Below, one piece after another: positions 6,928 to 14,587 of a stretch of DNA of 14,587 nucleotides. The translations under genes were made by a program, and so were the position numbers. The notes under the pieces are model-generated. The model had not been told where the DNA came from and searched no databases. It saw only the letters and a program-made list of their open reading frames with translations. Position 1 is the first letter of the stretch. The number at the start of each line of letters is the position of its first letter. Source of the stretch: Pyrinomonadaceae bacterium (lineage in GTDB: Bacteria; Acidobacteriota; Blastocatellia; Pyrinomonadales; Pyrinomonadaceae); NCBI GenBank assembly GCA_035634035.1, contig DASQDT010000268.1, positions 1-14,587 on the forward strand, written 5' to 3'.

Positions 6928-8143
6928 AGCGTGCGAGTCGTTCGGCGAGCGCGGTGATGCGGCGGACGCCTTCGCGGAGGCGTTCGAGGGAGGTGGCGTA
7001 GGAGATGCGTATGAAGCCGTCCGCGCCGAAGCCGCGCCCGTCGGTGACGACCGTGTGCTCCTCGTTCAAGAGCCGCTCGGCGAACTCGGCCGAGGTCTTC
7101 ACCTCGCCGCCGAGCAGCGCGCGCACGTCGGGGAAGGCGTAAAACGCGCCCTCCGGCTCGAAGCAGCGCAGGCCCGGCACCTCGCGCAGCGCACCGACCA
7201 GCCAGTCGCGCCGGCGGCGGTACTCTTCGAGCATCCCGGCGACGCACTCCTGTTGCGAGTCGAAGGCGACGGCGGCGGCGTGCTGCGAGATGGAAGTCGG
7301 GTTGCTCGTCGAGTGCCCCTGCACCTTGAGCATCTGCTTCGTCCACCCGGCGGGCGCGAGCGAGTAGCCGATGCGCCAGCCCGTCATCGCGTAGGTCTTC
7401 GAGAAGGAGCCGGCGACGCACAGGCGCGCGCGCACGCCGTCCGACAGGCTCGCCGCGCTGAAGACGCGCGCGGGCGGGTAGACGAAGCGCAGGTAGCACT
7501 CGTCCGTGATGGCGTAGACGCCGGCGTCCGTGACGAGGCGGAGGATGCGCTCGAACTCTTCGGGCGGGTAGACGCGCCCCGAAGGGTTCGACGGCGAGTT
7601 GAGGATGATGAGCTTCGTGCGCGGCGTGATGGCGCGCCCGACCTGCTCGGCCGTCAGAAGAAACTCCGTCTCCTCGGTCTCGATGAAGACGGGCGTCGCG
7701 CCCGCGAAGGTGACGATCTCGGGGAAGGTGACCCAGTAGGGCTTCGGGATTAAGACCTCGTCGCCCGCGCCGACGAGCGAGACGACGGCGTTGAAGATGG
7801 CCTGCTTGCCGCCGGCCGTCGCCATCACCTCCGACGGCTCGTAGCGCGCGCCGAACTCGCGCCCGTAGTAGCCGATGATGGCCTCCTGAAGCTCGCGCGT
7901 GCCGGCCGTCGCCGTGTATTTCGTCTTGCCGGCGCGCAGCGCCTCGACGGCGGCGAGCTTGATGTGCTCGGGCGTGTCGAAGTCGGGCTCGCCCGCGCCG
8001 AGGTCGACCACGTCGACGCCTTTGGCGCGCATCGCGGCGGCGGCCTGTATGGCGGCGAGCGTCGAGGACGCGCGCATCCGCGCGACGTTCTCGGAGGTGG
8101 GGAACTCCGCGCGGCTCGCTGTCTCCTGTGTGCTCCGGGCCAT
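6926..8143 (-). CDS. Aspartate aminotransferase (class-I PLP-dependent aminotransferase, AspC/AspB-like)
   Basis: 405 aa. Family motifs are GAGEPDFDTP, NSPSNPSG, and SFSKTYAMTGWRIGY (PLP-lysine in SxSK) with conserved Arg near the C-terminus. The N-terminal region SENVARMRASSTLAAIQAAAAMRAKGVDVVDLG aligns with the usual S-x-R-x-x-x-I-x-P-S-x-T-L start of AATs, so the first ATG (8143) is used. Confidence 0.9.
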   Translation of the reverse strand: MARSTQETASRAEFPTSENVARMRASSTLAAIQAAAAMRAKGVDVVDLGAGEPDFDTPEHIKLAAVEALRAGKTKYTATAGTRELQEAIIGYYGREFGARYEPSEVMATAGGKQAIFNAVVSLVGAGDEVLIPKPYWVTFPEIVTFAGATPVFIETEETEFLLTAEQVGRAITPRTKLIILNSPSNPSGRVYPPEEFERILRLVTDAGVYAITDECYLRFVYPPARVFSAASLSDGVRARLCVAGSFSKTYAMTGWRIGYSLAPAGWTKQMLKVQGHSTSNPTSISQHAAAVAFDSQQECVAGMLEEYRRRRDWLVGALREVPGLRCFEPEGAFYAFPDVRALLGGEVKTSAEFAERLLNEEHTVVTDGRGFGADGFIRISYATSLERLREGVRRITALAERLAR

Positions 8144-8220
8144 CCTCGTGTCTCGACCGTTCCGTTGTTGGGCGAAGGCGACTGATGGTATCGCTTCGCC
8201 TTCGCCGCGCGCAAGCGGCG

Positions 8221-8538
8221 TCAGCGTTTACTCCGGCCGCCCTTCTTCGCGCCCGACTTCTTCGCGCCGCCGCCCTTACCGCCCGACTTCTTCGCGGCCT
8301 TCTTGCCGCCCTTCTTGCCGCCCTTCTTGCCGCCTTTCCGGGCCGGTGCTTTATTCTCGGGCTTGCCGTGGCCGCCGCCGCCGGGCTTCTCGCCGCCGCC
8401 GTGCGTGGCGTTGACGGTCGCCCACGCGCGCCGCTCGGCCTCTTCCTCTGAGACGCCGCGCTCCTTGTAACCCTCCTCGATGTGCTCGGCCTTCCGCTTC
8501 TGCTTGTCAGTGTAGCTCGACTTGTCTCCTCTGGGCAT
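8221..8538 (-). CDS. Small basic protein with a ChaB-like N-terminal domain (tentative) and a Lys/Gly-rich KKGG-repeat C-terminal tail
   Basis: 105 aa. ATG at 8538 preceded by GGAGGAG with a 5-nt spacer. The N-terminus MPRGDKSSYTDKQKRKAEHIEEGYKERGVSEEEAERRAWATVN matches, from memory, E. coli ChaB ...SREETAHKVAWAAVKHEY. That family assignment is from memory only. The tail is GGGEKPGGGGHGKPENKAPARKGGKKGGKKGGKKAAKKSGGKGGGAKKSGAKKGGRSKR. Confidence 0.55.
   Translation of the reverse strand: MPRGDKSSYTDKQKRKAEHIEEGYKERGVSEEEAERRAWATVNATHGGGEKPGGGGHGKPENKAPARKGGKKGGKKGGKKAAKKSGGKGGGAKKSGAKKGGRSKR
8241..8334. repeat. Tandem and dispersed short DNA repeats inside the KKGG-tail coding region
   Basis: cttcttgccgcc occurs three times in perfect tandem (8299-8310, 8311-8322, 8323-8334), encoding GGKK x3 on the minus strand. 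gcccgacttcttcgcg is duplicated at 8251-8266 and 8281-8296. Confidence 0.5.
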
Positions 8539-8574
8539 GGTCGCTCCTCCGCGTGTGCTGACGTTTATGAGGCT

Positions 8575-9069
8575 CTAAGGGCGGTTCAGCTTGACGCGCA
8601 TACGCTCCCCGACGGCCGCGGGGACGAGCCCGTCAATCGCGCCGCCGAGCGAGTAGACCTCTTTGACGAGGCGCGAGCTGACGTAAGAATACTCCTCGGC
8701 CGACATCATGAAGACCGTCTCGATGCGCGGCTCAAGACGCCGGTTCATCAGGGCCATCTGCAACTCGTACTCGTAATCCGAGATGGCGCGGATGCCGCGC
8801 ACGATGGCGTCCGCCCCTTGCTCGACGGCGTAGCGGACGAGCAGGCCCTGAAACGAGCCGACCTTCAGGCGGCACGCGCCGCCGCCCAAATCCCGCGTCA
8901 CCTCCTCCAGCATCTCGACGCGCTCTGCGAGCGTGAAGAGCGGGCGCTTCTCGGGGTGGACGAGGATGGCGATGATGATTTCGTCGAAGAGCTTGCAGCC
9001 GCGCGCGATGATGTCGAGGTGGCCGTTGGTCACCGGGTCGAACGAGCCGGGGTAGATGGCGCGTCTCAT
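8575..9069 (-). CDS. coaD: Phosphopantetheine adenylyltransferase
   Basis: 164 aa, [24 protein letters not shown]... with the (T/H)xGH nucleotidyltransferase motif, ...[21 protein letters not shown]... Length and motifs are typical of CoaD. The SD is weak. Confidence 0.93.
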   Translation of the reverse strand: MRRAIYPGSFDPVTNGHLDIIARGCKLFDEIIIAILVHPEKRPLFTLAERVEMLEEVTRDLGGGACRLKVGSFQGLLVRYAVEQGADAIVRGIRAISDYEYELQMALMNRRLEPRIETVFMMSAEEYSYVSSRLVKEVYSLGGAIDGLVPAAVGERMRVKLNRP

Positions 9070-9308
9070 AAGTATCGGGCGCGGGCGTCGGGCGAAAGGG
9101 GGAAGCCGACCCGGAAGTTATCACAAAAGCGCGCGGCGCGTGAAGATTTTCAAACTCTTTCGGCCAACTCCGCCCCGCCCGTAAACCTTCCAACGGCCGG
9201 ACGCGTAACAAACCTCGCCGGGCGGCCGCGCGCGTGCCTTCGCGTCGCCCCGGCAGTCGCCGTAAACCAAAAAGCCCCGTTTCCCGAAAACCGTAAGGAG
9301 GGTTTCAG

Positions 9309-9761
9309 ATGAGACGTGTGTTCGTAAACGTGTTCGCCGTCGCGCTCTGCCTCACCGCGCTCGCGCCCGGGGCCGCCGCGCGCGACGAGCGACGGAGGCA
9401 GACGGGGGGCGCGCAGAGGGCCCGCGCCGACGTGCAGAAGATCTACGTCGGCGACATGGGGACGGCCGACGAGGCCGACCGCTTCCGCTTCCTGCTCGAA
9501 GAGCAGTTGGCGAAGAAGGGCTTCACCGTCGTCGCGACGGAGGTCGAGGCCGACGGCGTTTTGACGGGCGCGCTCTCCGTGCGCGTCCACGACAAGAAGT
9601 CCGAGGCGCGCGTCTTCGTCCAGCTCAACGCGCCGGGCGGCGCGAAACTCTGGGCGAAGGACTTCGGCCACAAGAGGCTCGTCAACCCGTTCAGCTTCAA
9701 AGAGCCGACGCGCCGACGCGCCGAGGAGGTCGCCGAGGCCATGCGCCGCGAGTTCAAGTGA
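9309..9761 (+). CDS. Hypothetical small secreted protein (alpha/beta, no confident family)
   Basis: 150 aa. ATG at 9309 preceded by a strong SD taaggaggg with an 8-nt spacer. Signal peptide MRRVFVNVFAVALCLTALAPGAAA|RD. It is probably not a lipoprotein, because -1 to the Cys is Leu. Confidence 0.65.
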   Translation: MRRVFVNVFAVALCLTALAPGAAARDERRRQTGGAQRARADVQKIYVGDMGTADEADRFRFLLEEQLAKKGFTVVATEVEADGVLTGALSVRVHDKKSEARVFVQLNAPGGAKLWAKDFGHKRLVNPFSFKEPTRRRAEEVAEAMRREFK

Positions 9762-9768
9762 GGGCCGT

Positions 9769-9815
9769 CGGCGGCCAGCACTCGGCAAATACAAAAAGCT
9801 GAGTGCTGGCCGCCG
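9769..9815 (+). terminator. Perfect 15-bp stem-loop immediately after the stop of the 150-aa gene
   Basis: cggcggccagcactc (9769-9783) pairs with gagtgctggccgccg (9801-9815) with a 17-nt A-rich loop. It is followed by gacgcttctt, a weak U-tract. It lies 8 nt after the TGA at 9759-9761. Confidence 0.45.
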
Positions 9816-9962
9816 GACGCTTCTTGACACGCGTCGGCGCGCGGTGCTTCAATACAGCCCGAACGTGGTGAGTTAAGGCGACTTGCGGCCACGTAAAATA
9901 AACCGCTAAACAGCTCGCGCGCCTCCCCGCAGGGGCGACGTAAAAAGTGGCTTCGCGAAAAG

Positions 9963-9997
9963 CCCCGCGTTGTTTGGCGCGGGGACTTCTTTTTGGG
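9963..9997 (+). promoter_or_regulatory. Intrinsic-terminator-like hairpin with a U-tract 28-62 nt upstream of the metH start; candidate attenuator or riboswitch expression platform
   Basis: ccccgcg (9963-9969) pairs with cgcgggg (9978-9984), loop ttgtttgg, followed by acttctttttggg. There is no coding potential between 9830 and 10024. This could alternatively be the true terminator of the upstream gene. Confidence 0.35.
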
Positions 9998-10024
9998 CGA
10001 AAGCCGACGGCCGAAAGCTTCTCG

Positions 10025-13000
10025 ATGAACAAATTTCTCGACACTCTGAAAGAGCGCGTCGTCGTCTTCGACGGCGCGATGGGCACGAACCTTCAGGCGC
10101 AGAACCTGACCGTCGACGACTACGGCGGGCCGCAGTTCGAGGGCTGCCCCGAGTACCTGCTCGTCAGCCGCCCCGAAGCCGTCGCGCACGTCCACGCCGG
10201 CTTCTTCGAGGTCGGCTGCGACGTGGTCGAGACCAACTCTTTCGGCGCGATCCCCTACGTCCTCGCCGAGTACGGCATCGCCGAGATGACCTACGAGCTC
10301 AACGTCAAGGCGGCGCAACTCGCCCGGCGCGTCGCCGCCGACTTCTCGACTGCGGAGCGCCCGCGCTGGGTCGCCGGCTCGATGGGGCCGGGGACGAAGC
10401 TCCCGACGCTCGGACAGATAACTTACGCCGAGGTGCGCGCCGCCTACTCGGAGCAGGCGCGCGGGCTTCTGGACGGCGGCGTCGACCTGCTCATCGTCGA
10501 GACCTGCCAAGACCTTTTGCAGACGAAGGCCGCGCTGGCCGCCATCTTCTCGGAACTCAAAAGGAGCGGCCGCCGAGTGCCCGTCATCGCGCAGGTGACG
10601 ATCGAGAGCAACGGCGTCATGCTCAACGGGACGGAGATAAACGCGGCGCTGACGGCGCTCGAACCTTTCCCCCTGAGCGTCGTCGGCATGAACTGCGGCA
10701 CGGGGCCGCGCCACATGACCGAGCACCTGCGCTACCTCTGCGAGAACGCGCCGCTCCCCGTCTCGGTCTTGCCGAACGCCGGCCTGCCCGAAGTCAAAGA
10801 CGGCAAGATGCACTACGACGAGACGCCCGAATCCTTCGCCGCGCAGGTCACGCACTTCGCGCGGGACTTCGGCGCGAACGTCGTCGGCGGCTGCTGCGGC
10901 ACGACGCCCGCGCACTTAAAACTCGTCGTCGAGGCGATGCGGGGAGTCGCGCCGAAACGGCGCGACGCGCGACTCACGCCGTCCGCCTCGTCAATCTACA
11001 TCCAGCAGCCCTACCGTCAGGACACGTCGTTTCTCATCGTCGGCGAGCGCGTCAACGCGTCGGGCTCGAAGAAGATGCGCGACCTCTTGGGCGCTGAGGA
11101 CTGGGACGGCCTCGTCTCGCTCGCGCGCGAGCAGGAGCGCGAGGGCGCGCACGTCCTCGACGTGAACGTCGACTACGTCGGCCGCGACGGCGAGCGCGAT
11201 ATGCACGAGCTCGTCTCGCGCCTCGTCACGAACGTCAAGATTCCGCTGATGCTCGACTCGACCGAGTGGCAGAAGATGGAGGCGGGCCTCCAGCACGCGG
11301 GCGGCAAGTGCATCCTGAACTCGACGAACTACGAGGACGGCGAGCCGCGCTTCCTGAAGGTGTTTGAGCTGGCGCGCGAGTACGGCGCGGGCGTCGTCGT
11401 CGGGACGATTGACGAGGAAGGCATGGCGCGCACGGCGGACGGGAAGCTTGAGATCGCGCGCCGCGCCTACGAGCAGACCGCGCGCGAACTCGATTTCCCG
11501 GCACACGACATCTTCTTCGACCCGCTCGCGCTCCCCATCTCGACCGGCATCGAGGAAGACCGGCGCAACGCCGCCGAGACCATCGCGGCGCTCAGGCGCA
11601 TCAAGGCCGAGCTGCCCGACGCCAACACGATTCTCGGCGTCTCGAACATCTCGTTCGGCCTCAGCCCCGTGTCGCGCGTCGTCTTGAACTCGGTCTTTCT
11701 ACACGAAGCGGTCGAAGCCGGACTCGACGCGGCCATCGTCAACGCGAGCAAAATTCTGCCGCTGAACCGCGTCGGCGAGCGCGAGCTCGAAGTCGCGCTC
11801 GACCTCATCTACGACCGGCGGCGCTTCGAGGGCGACGTGTGCACCTACGACCCGCTCACGGAGTTCACGAAACTCTTCGAGGGCGTGTCGGCCAAAAAGA
11901 CGAAGGCGGCGGACGAGAACCTGCCCGTCGAAGAGAAGCTCAGGCGTCACGTCATCGACGGCGAGAAGCTCGGGCTCGAAGACTCCTTGCGCGCGGCGCT
12001 CGAAAAATACCCGGCGCTCGAAATCGTCAACGACCACCTGCTCGACGGCATGAAGACCGTCGGCGACCTCTTCGGGAGCGGCCAGATGCAGCTGCCCTTC
12101 GTCCTGCAATCGGCCGAGGTGATGAAGGCGGCCGTCCGCTTCCTCGAACCGTTCATGGAGAAGAAGGGCGGCGCGACGGCGCGCGGGACGATGGTGCTCG
12201 CCACCGTCAAGGGCGACGTGCACGACATCGGCAAGAACCTCGTCGACATCATCCTGACCAATAACGGCTACCGCGTCGTCAACCTCGGCATCAAGCAGCC
12301 GATTGACAACATCGTCGCGGCGTTCGAGGAGCACGGGGCGGACGCCGTCGGGATGTCGGGCCTGCTGGTGAAGTCCACGCTCATCATGCGCGACAACCTC
12401 GAAACCCTGAACGAGCGCGGCATCAGCGTGCCCGTCGTCTTGGGCGGCGCGGCTCTGACGCGTCGCTACGTCGAGGAGGACTTGCTGCCCGTCTACCGCG
12501 GCCGCCTCTTCTACGCGCGCGACGCCTTCGACGGCCTGCACCTGATGGACAGGCTGACGGGCGGCGCGACCGAGGGGGCGGCGGACGAGCAGGCGGCGGG
12601 GAGGTCGCGCGCGGCGGCGGCCGGCGCTAACGGCGCGCCCGACTCCGTGTTGGCGGACGACGCGGAGGAGCTCGTCGGCGAGGACGCGAAACTCGGCGTC
12701 AAAAAATCAGCGAAGCCGCGCGGCGCGCGCAAAATCGCGGGCGACACGACGCACACGCGGCGCTCGGACGTGAACCCGAACGCGCCCGTCCCGCGCGCGC
12801 CCTTCTACGGCTCGCGCGTCGTCGCGGACGTGTCGCTCGAAGAAGTCTTCTCGTTCGTCAACGAGACGGCGCTCTTTAAAGGCCAGTGGCAGTTCAAGCA
12901 AGGCAAGCGCGGCAATGAAGAGTACCGCGCCTTCGTCGAGGCGCAGGTGCGGCCCGCTTACGAGGAGCTTAAGAGACGCGCCGCGCGCGACGAGCTGCTC

Positions 13001-13582
13001 GCGCCGCGCGTCGTCTACGGCTACTTCCCCTGTCAGTCCGAAGGCAACGACCTCGTCATCTACAACGAGGACGAGCGCACCGAGCGCCTGCGCTTCACCT
13101 TCCCGCGACAGCCGGAGGGCCGTCGCCTGTGCCTCGCCGACTTCTTCGCGTCGAAGGAGTCGGGGCGCGTGGACGTGGTCGCCTTCCACCTCGTCACGAT
13201 GGGCCGCCGCGCGTCGGAGTACGCGCAGGAGCTCTTTCGTTCGGACAACTACCGCGACTACCTACTCTTCCACGGCCTCTCGGTCGAGGCGGCCGAGGCG
13301 CTCGCGGAGCTCTGGCACAAGCGCGTGCGCGAAGAGCTCGGCATCGCGGGCCATGACGCGCCCGAGCTCGCGAAGCTCTTTCATCAGGGCTATCAGGGCT
13401 CGCGCTTCAGCTTCGGCTACCCGGCCTGCCCCGACCTCGAAGACCAAACGAAACTCTTCGAGCTGCTCCGGCCCGAGCGCATCGGCGTCGAGCTGAGCGA
13501 AGAGTTTCAGCTCGTGCCCGAGCAGTCCACCTCGGCCATCATCGTCCACCACGAGGAGGCGAAGTACTTTTCGATAGAGTGA
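10025..13582 (+). CDS. metH: Cobalamin-dependent methionine synthase (5-methyltetrahydrofolate-homocysteine methyltransferase)
   Basis: Start at ATG 10025 (MNKFLDTLKERVVVFDGAMGTNLQ..., matching the usual MetH N-terminus). I reject the GTG at 9947 offered by the ORF track. The Hcy-binding domain has the Zn-ligand motifs NCGTGP and GGCCGTTPAHL. A pterin-binding domain follows. The B12 domain has the DxHxxG motif (VKGDVHDIGKNLVDIILTNNGYRVVNLG). The C-terminal AdoMet-reactivation domain reads RPAYEELKRRA...VVYGYFPC...FHGLSVEAAEALAELWH. Confidence 0.95.
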   Translation: MNKFLDTLKERVVVFDGAMGTNLQAQNLTVDDYGGPQFEGCPEYLLVSRPEAVAHVHAGFFEVGCDVVETNSFGAIPYVLAEYGIAEMTYELNVKAAQLARRVAADFSTAERPRWVAGSMGPGTKLPTLGQITYAEVRAAYSEQARGLLDGGVDLLIVETCQDLLQTKAALAAIFSELKRSGRRVPVIAQVTIESNGVMLNGTEINAALTALEPFPLSVVGMNCGTGPRHMTEHLRYLCENAPLPVSVLPNAGLPEVKDGKMHYDETPESFAAQVTHFARDFGANVVGGCCGTTPAHLKLVVEAMRGVAPKRRDARLTPSASSIYIQQPYRQDTSFLIVGERVNASGSKKMRDLLGAEDWDGLVSLAREQEREGAHVLDVNVDYVGRDGERDMHELVSRLVTNVKIPLMLDSTEWQKMEAGLQHAGGKCILNSTNYEDGEPRFLKVFELAREYGAGVVVGTIDEEGMARTADGKLEIARRAYEQTARELDFPAHDIFFDPLALPISTGIEEDRRNAAETIAALRRIKAELPDANTILGVSNISFGLSPVSRVVLNSVFLHEAVEAGLDAAIVNASKILPLNRVGERELEVALDLIYDRRRFEGDVCTYDPLTEFTKLFEGVSAKKTKAADENLPVEEKLRRHVIDGEKLGLEDSLRAALEKYPALEIVNDHLLDGMKTVGDLFGSGQMQLPFVLQSAEVMKAAVRFLEPFMEKKGGATARGTMVLATVKGDVHDIGKNLVDIILTNNGYRVVNLGIKQPIDNIVAAFEEHGADAVGMSGLLVKSTLIMRDNLETLNERGISVPVVLGGAALTRRYVEEDLLPVYRGRLFYARDAFDGLHLMDRLTGGATEGAADEQAAGRSRAAAAGANGAPDSVLADDAEELVGEDAKLGVKKSAKPRGARKIAGDTTHTRRSDVNPNAPVPRAPFYGSRVVADVSLEEVFSFVNETALFKGQWQFKQGKRGNEEYRAFVEAQVRPAYEELKRRAARDELLAPRVVYGYFPCQSEGNDLVIYNEDERTERLRFTFPRQPEGRRLCLADFFASKESGRVDVVAFHLVTMGRRASEYAQELFRSDNYRDYLLFHGLSVEAAEALAELWHKRVREELGIAGHDAPELAKLFHQGYQGSRFSFGYPACPDLEDQTKLFELLRPERIGVELSEEFQLVPEQSTSAIIVHHEEAKYFSIE

Positions 13583-14505
13583 CCGTCGGGCCTCCGAACG
13601 TTTGTTCACAGATGCGCGAAACGTCCATGCCTGAGCCGACGCCGGAGGAGTGGGCCGTGCTCGGCGGCTTCGAGCGCCTCGCGTTCCGGCTCGCGCGCCG
13701 GATGAACTCGGGGCGCTGGAAACGTTTCTGGACGCTCTGCCAGAGACACCTCGGCGCGGGCTGGATACATCTGGCGACCTACAACCTGATGCGGGTCTAC
13801 GGCGTCGAGCACGTCGAGCGCGCGGCCGAAAGCGGGCGGCCCGTCCTGCTCGTCGCCAACCACCGCTCGTTCTTCGACATGTACGTCGTCTCGACGGCGC
13901 TCTTCCGCCGCACGCGCTTCCGCAAACGCCTCTTCTTCCCCGTCCGCGGCCGCTTCTTCTACGACACGCCGCTCGGCCCCGTCGTCAACTTCGTGATGGG
14001 CTGGTGGTCCATGTTCCCGCCGTTCTTCTCGGGCGGCGAGAACCCGAAGTTGGAGAAGCGCGAGTTCGACAAGTACTCGATGCGCCTGCTCGCGCACCTC
14101 TGCCGCGAGGGCGAGGGCAACGTCGTCGGCTTCCACCCCGAGGGCACGCGCAACAAGTCGCAAGACCCTTACAGCTACCTCCGCCCGCAGCCCGGCGTCG
14201 GCCGGCTCATCAAAGACGCGCAGCCCGTCGTCGTGCCCGTCTTCATCGCGGGCTTGGGCAACCGTCTCGGCCGTCAGGTGTTGGGCAACTGGCGCGGCGG
14301 CGAGCCCGTGCGCGTGCGCTTCGGCCGCGAGCTCGAACTCGCCGATTTTTACGGGCGGCGCGAGTCCCTGCGGACTTACAAGGAGATAGGCGAGTTCGTC
14401 ATGACGAAGATTGCCGAGCTGGGCGAGGAGGATCGCGCGGCGCGCGCGCTCGAAGCCAACAGGCGGCCGTCCCTCACGTCGCCCGTGCGGCAGGAGCGCA
14501 CCTGA
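13579..14505 (+). CDS. Lysophospholipid/glycerol-phosphate acyltransferase family protein (PlsC-like LPLAT)
   Basis: HX4D motif in LLVANHRSFFDMY and motif III FHPEGTRN. The GTG at 13579 overlaps the metH stop (GTGA), suggesting translational coupling. Alternative ATG starts at 13612 (MRETSMPEP) or 13627 are possible, so the start is uncertain by about 50 nt. Confidence 0.8.
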   Translation: MTVGPPNVCSQMRETSMPEPTPEEWAVLGGFERLAFRLARRMNSGRWKRFWTLCQRHLGAGWIHLATYNLMRVYGVEHVERAAESGRPVLLVANHRSFFDMYVVSTALFRRTRFRKRLFFPVRGRFFYDTPLGPVVNFVMGWWSMFPPFFSGGENPKLEKREFDKYSMRLLAHLCREGEGNVVGFHPEGTRNKSQDPYSYLRPQPGVGRLIKDAQPVVVPVFIAGLGNRLGRQVLGNWRGGEPVRVRFGRELELADFYGRRESLRTYKEIGEFVMTKIAELGEEDRAARALEANRRPSLTSPVRQERT

Positions 14506-14509
14506 AGTC

Positions 14510-14587
14510 GTGTCGGGCAGCACGCCCCTCGTCATCGTCAACCCCGCGTCGGCCGGCGGCGCGACGGGGCGCGCGTGGCCGCGCATC
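14510..14587 (+). CDS. Start of a YegS/BmrU/DAGK_cat-family lipid kinase; partial, runs off the window end
   Basis: GTG at 14510, 5 nt after the acyltransferase TGA (14503-14505). The translation VSGSTPLVIVNPASAGGATGRAWPRI matches the N-terminal (V/I)xNPxSGxG...W signature of diacylglycerol-kinase-catalytic-domain lipid kinases. Only 26 codons are visible. Confidence 0.45.
   Translation, partial: MSGSTPLVIVNPASAGGATGRAWPRI

Noticed and set aside
6762-7753. Two long ORFs, 6762..7499(-) and 6920..7753(+), overlapping the aminotransferase
   Set aside because: They are alternative-frame or antisense readings of a gene whose real frame has the PLP-lysine and GEPDFDTP motifs. They have Arg-rich low-complexity translations.
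8482-9312. 276-aa plus-strand ORF across coaD
   Set aside because: It is antisense to coaD, which has the textbook PPAT motifs. It has no start context.
9947-10024. GTG at 9947 as an extended metH start, as given in the ORF track
   Set aside because: The ATG at 10025 yields the canonical MetH N-terminus (MNKFLDTLKERVVVFDGAMGTNLQ). The 26 extra codons overlap the terminator-like hairpin and have no homology support.
9443-10915. 490-aa minus-strand ORF
   Set aside because: It is antisense to the upstream leader and N-terminal third of metH. It has Arg/Ala/Gly-rich composition and no start context. metH on the plus strand has unambiguous family motifs.
12540-12800. Ala/Glu/Arg-rich low-complexity stretch inside metH (GGATEGAADEQAAGRSRAAAAGANGAPD...KKSAKPRGARK)
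   Set aside because: I considered an insertion or fusion. It lies in the normal position of the flexible linker between the B12-binding and AdoMet-reactivation domains, and total protein length is ordinary for MetH.
13606-14586. 326-aa minus-strand ORF
   Set aside because: It is antisense to the PlsC-like acyltransferase, which carries HX4D and FPEGTR motifs. It is a GC-driven open frame.
1-14587. Search for tRNA/rRNA genes, CRISPR arrays, IS elements, integrases or toxin-antitoxin pairs
   Set aside because: No T-loop-like GGTTCGAATCC-type motifs. No spaced identical repeats at array periodicity. No terminal inverted repeats flanking transposase-like ORFs. No small paired ORFs were seen. 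The window looks like a core chromosome.

Overview
This is a very GC-rich bacterial chromosomal segment in which third codon positions are almost always G/C. It looks like core genome rather than an accessory island. I found no tRNA, rRNA, CRISPR array, transposase or integrase. Reading by eye, I support about twelve genes.

Minus strand:
- A secreted FecR-domain protein with an odd Trp/Tyr/Pro-rich C-terminus, which runs off the window start.
- A periplasmic D-Ala-D-Ala dipeptidase of the VanX/DdpX family.
- A class-I aspartate aminotransferase.
- A small basic ChaB-like protein with a KKGG-repeat tail.
- coaD.

Plus strand:
- Two signal-peptide hypotheticals.
- An N-terminally anchored helical hypothetical immediately followed by a 734-aa flotillin/SPFH protein.
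- metH (B12-dependent methionine synthase).
- A translationally coupled PlsC-like acyltransferase.
- The start of a YegS/DAGK-like lipid kinase.

The most unusual item is the flotillin. The opening beta-segment of its SPFH domain is reiterated about five times in tandem, and it is paired with a non-NfeD membrane partner. Other points worth a second look:
- The W/Y/P-rich repeat tail of the FecR-like protein.
- A TGTAAA-N5-TGTAAA direct repeat upstream of the dipeptidase gene.
- A TATAAT box in a 70%-GC background.
- A terminator-like leader hairpin just upstream of metH.
- 12-nt tandem DNA repeats encoding the KKGG tail.

Many long ORFs in the supplied track are GC-driven alternative-frame or antisense artefacts, and I rejected them.
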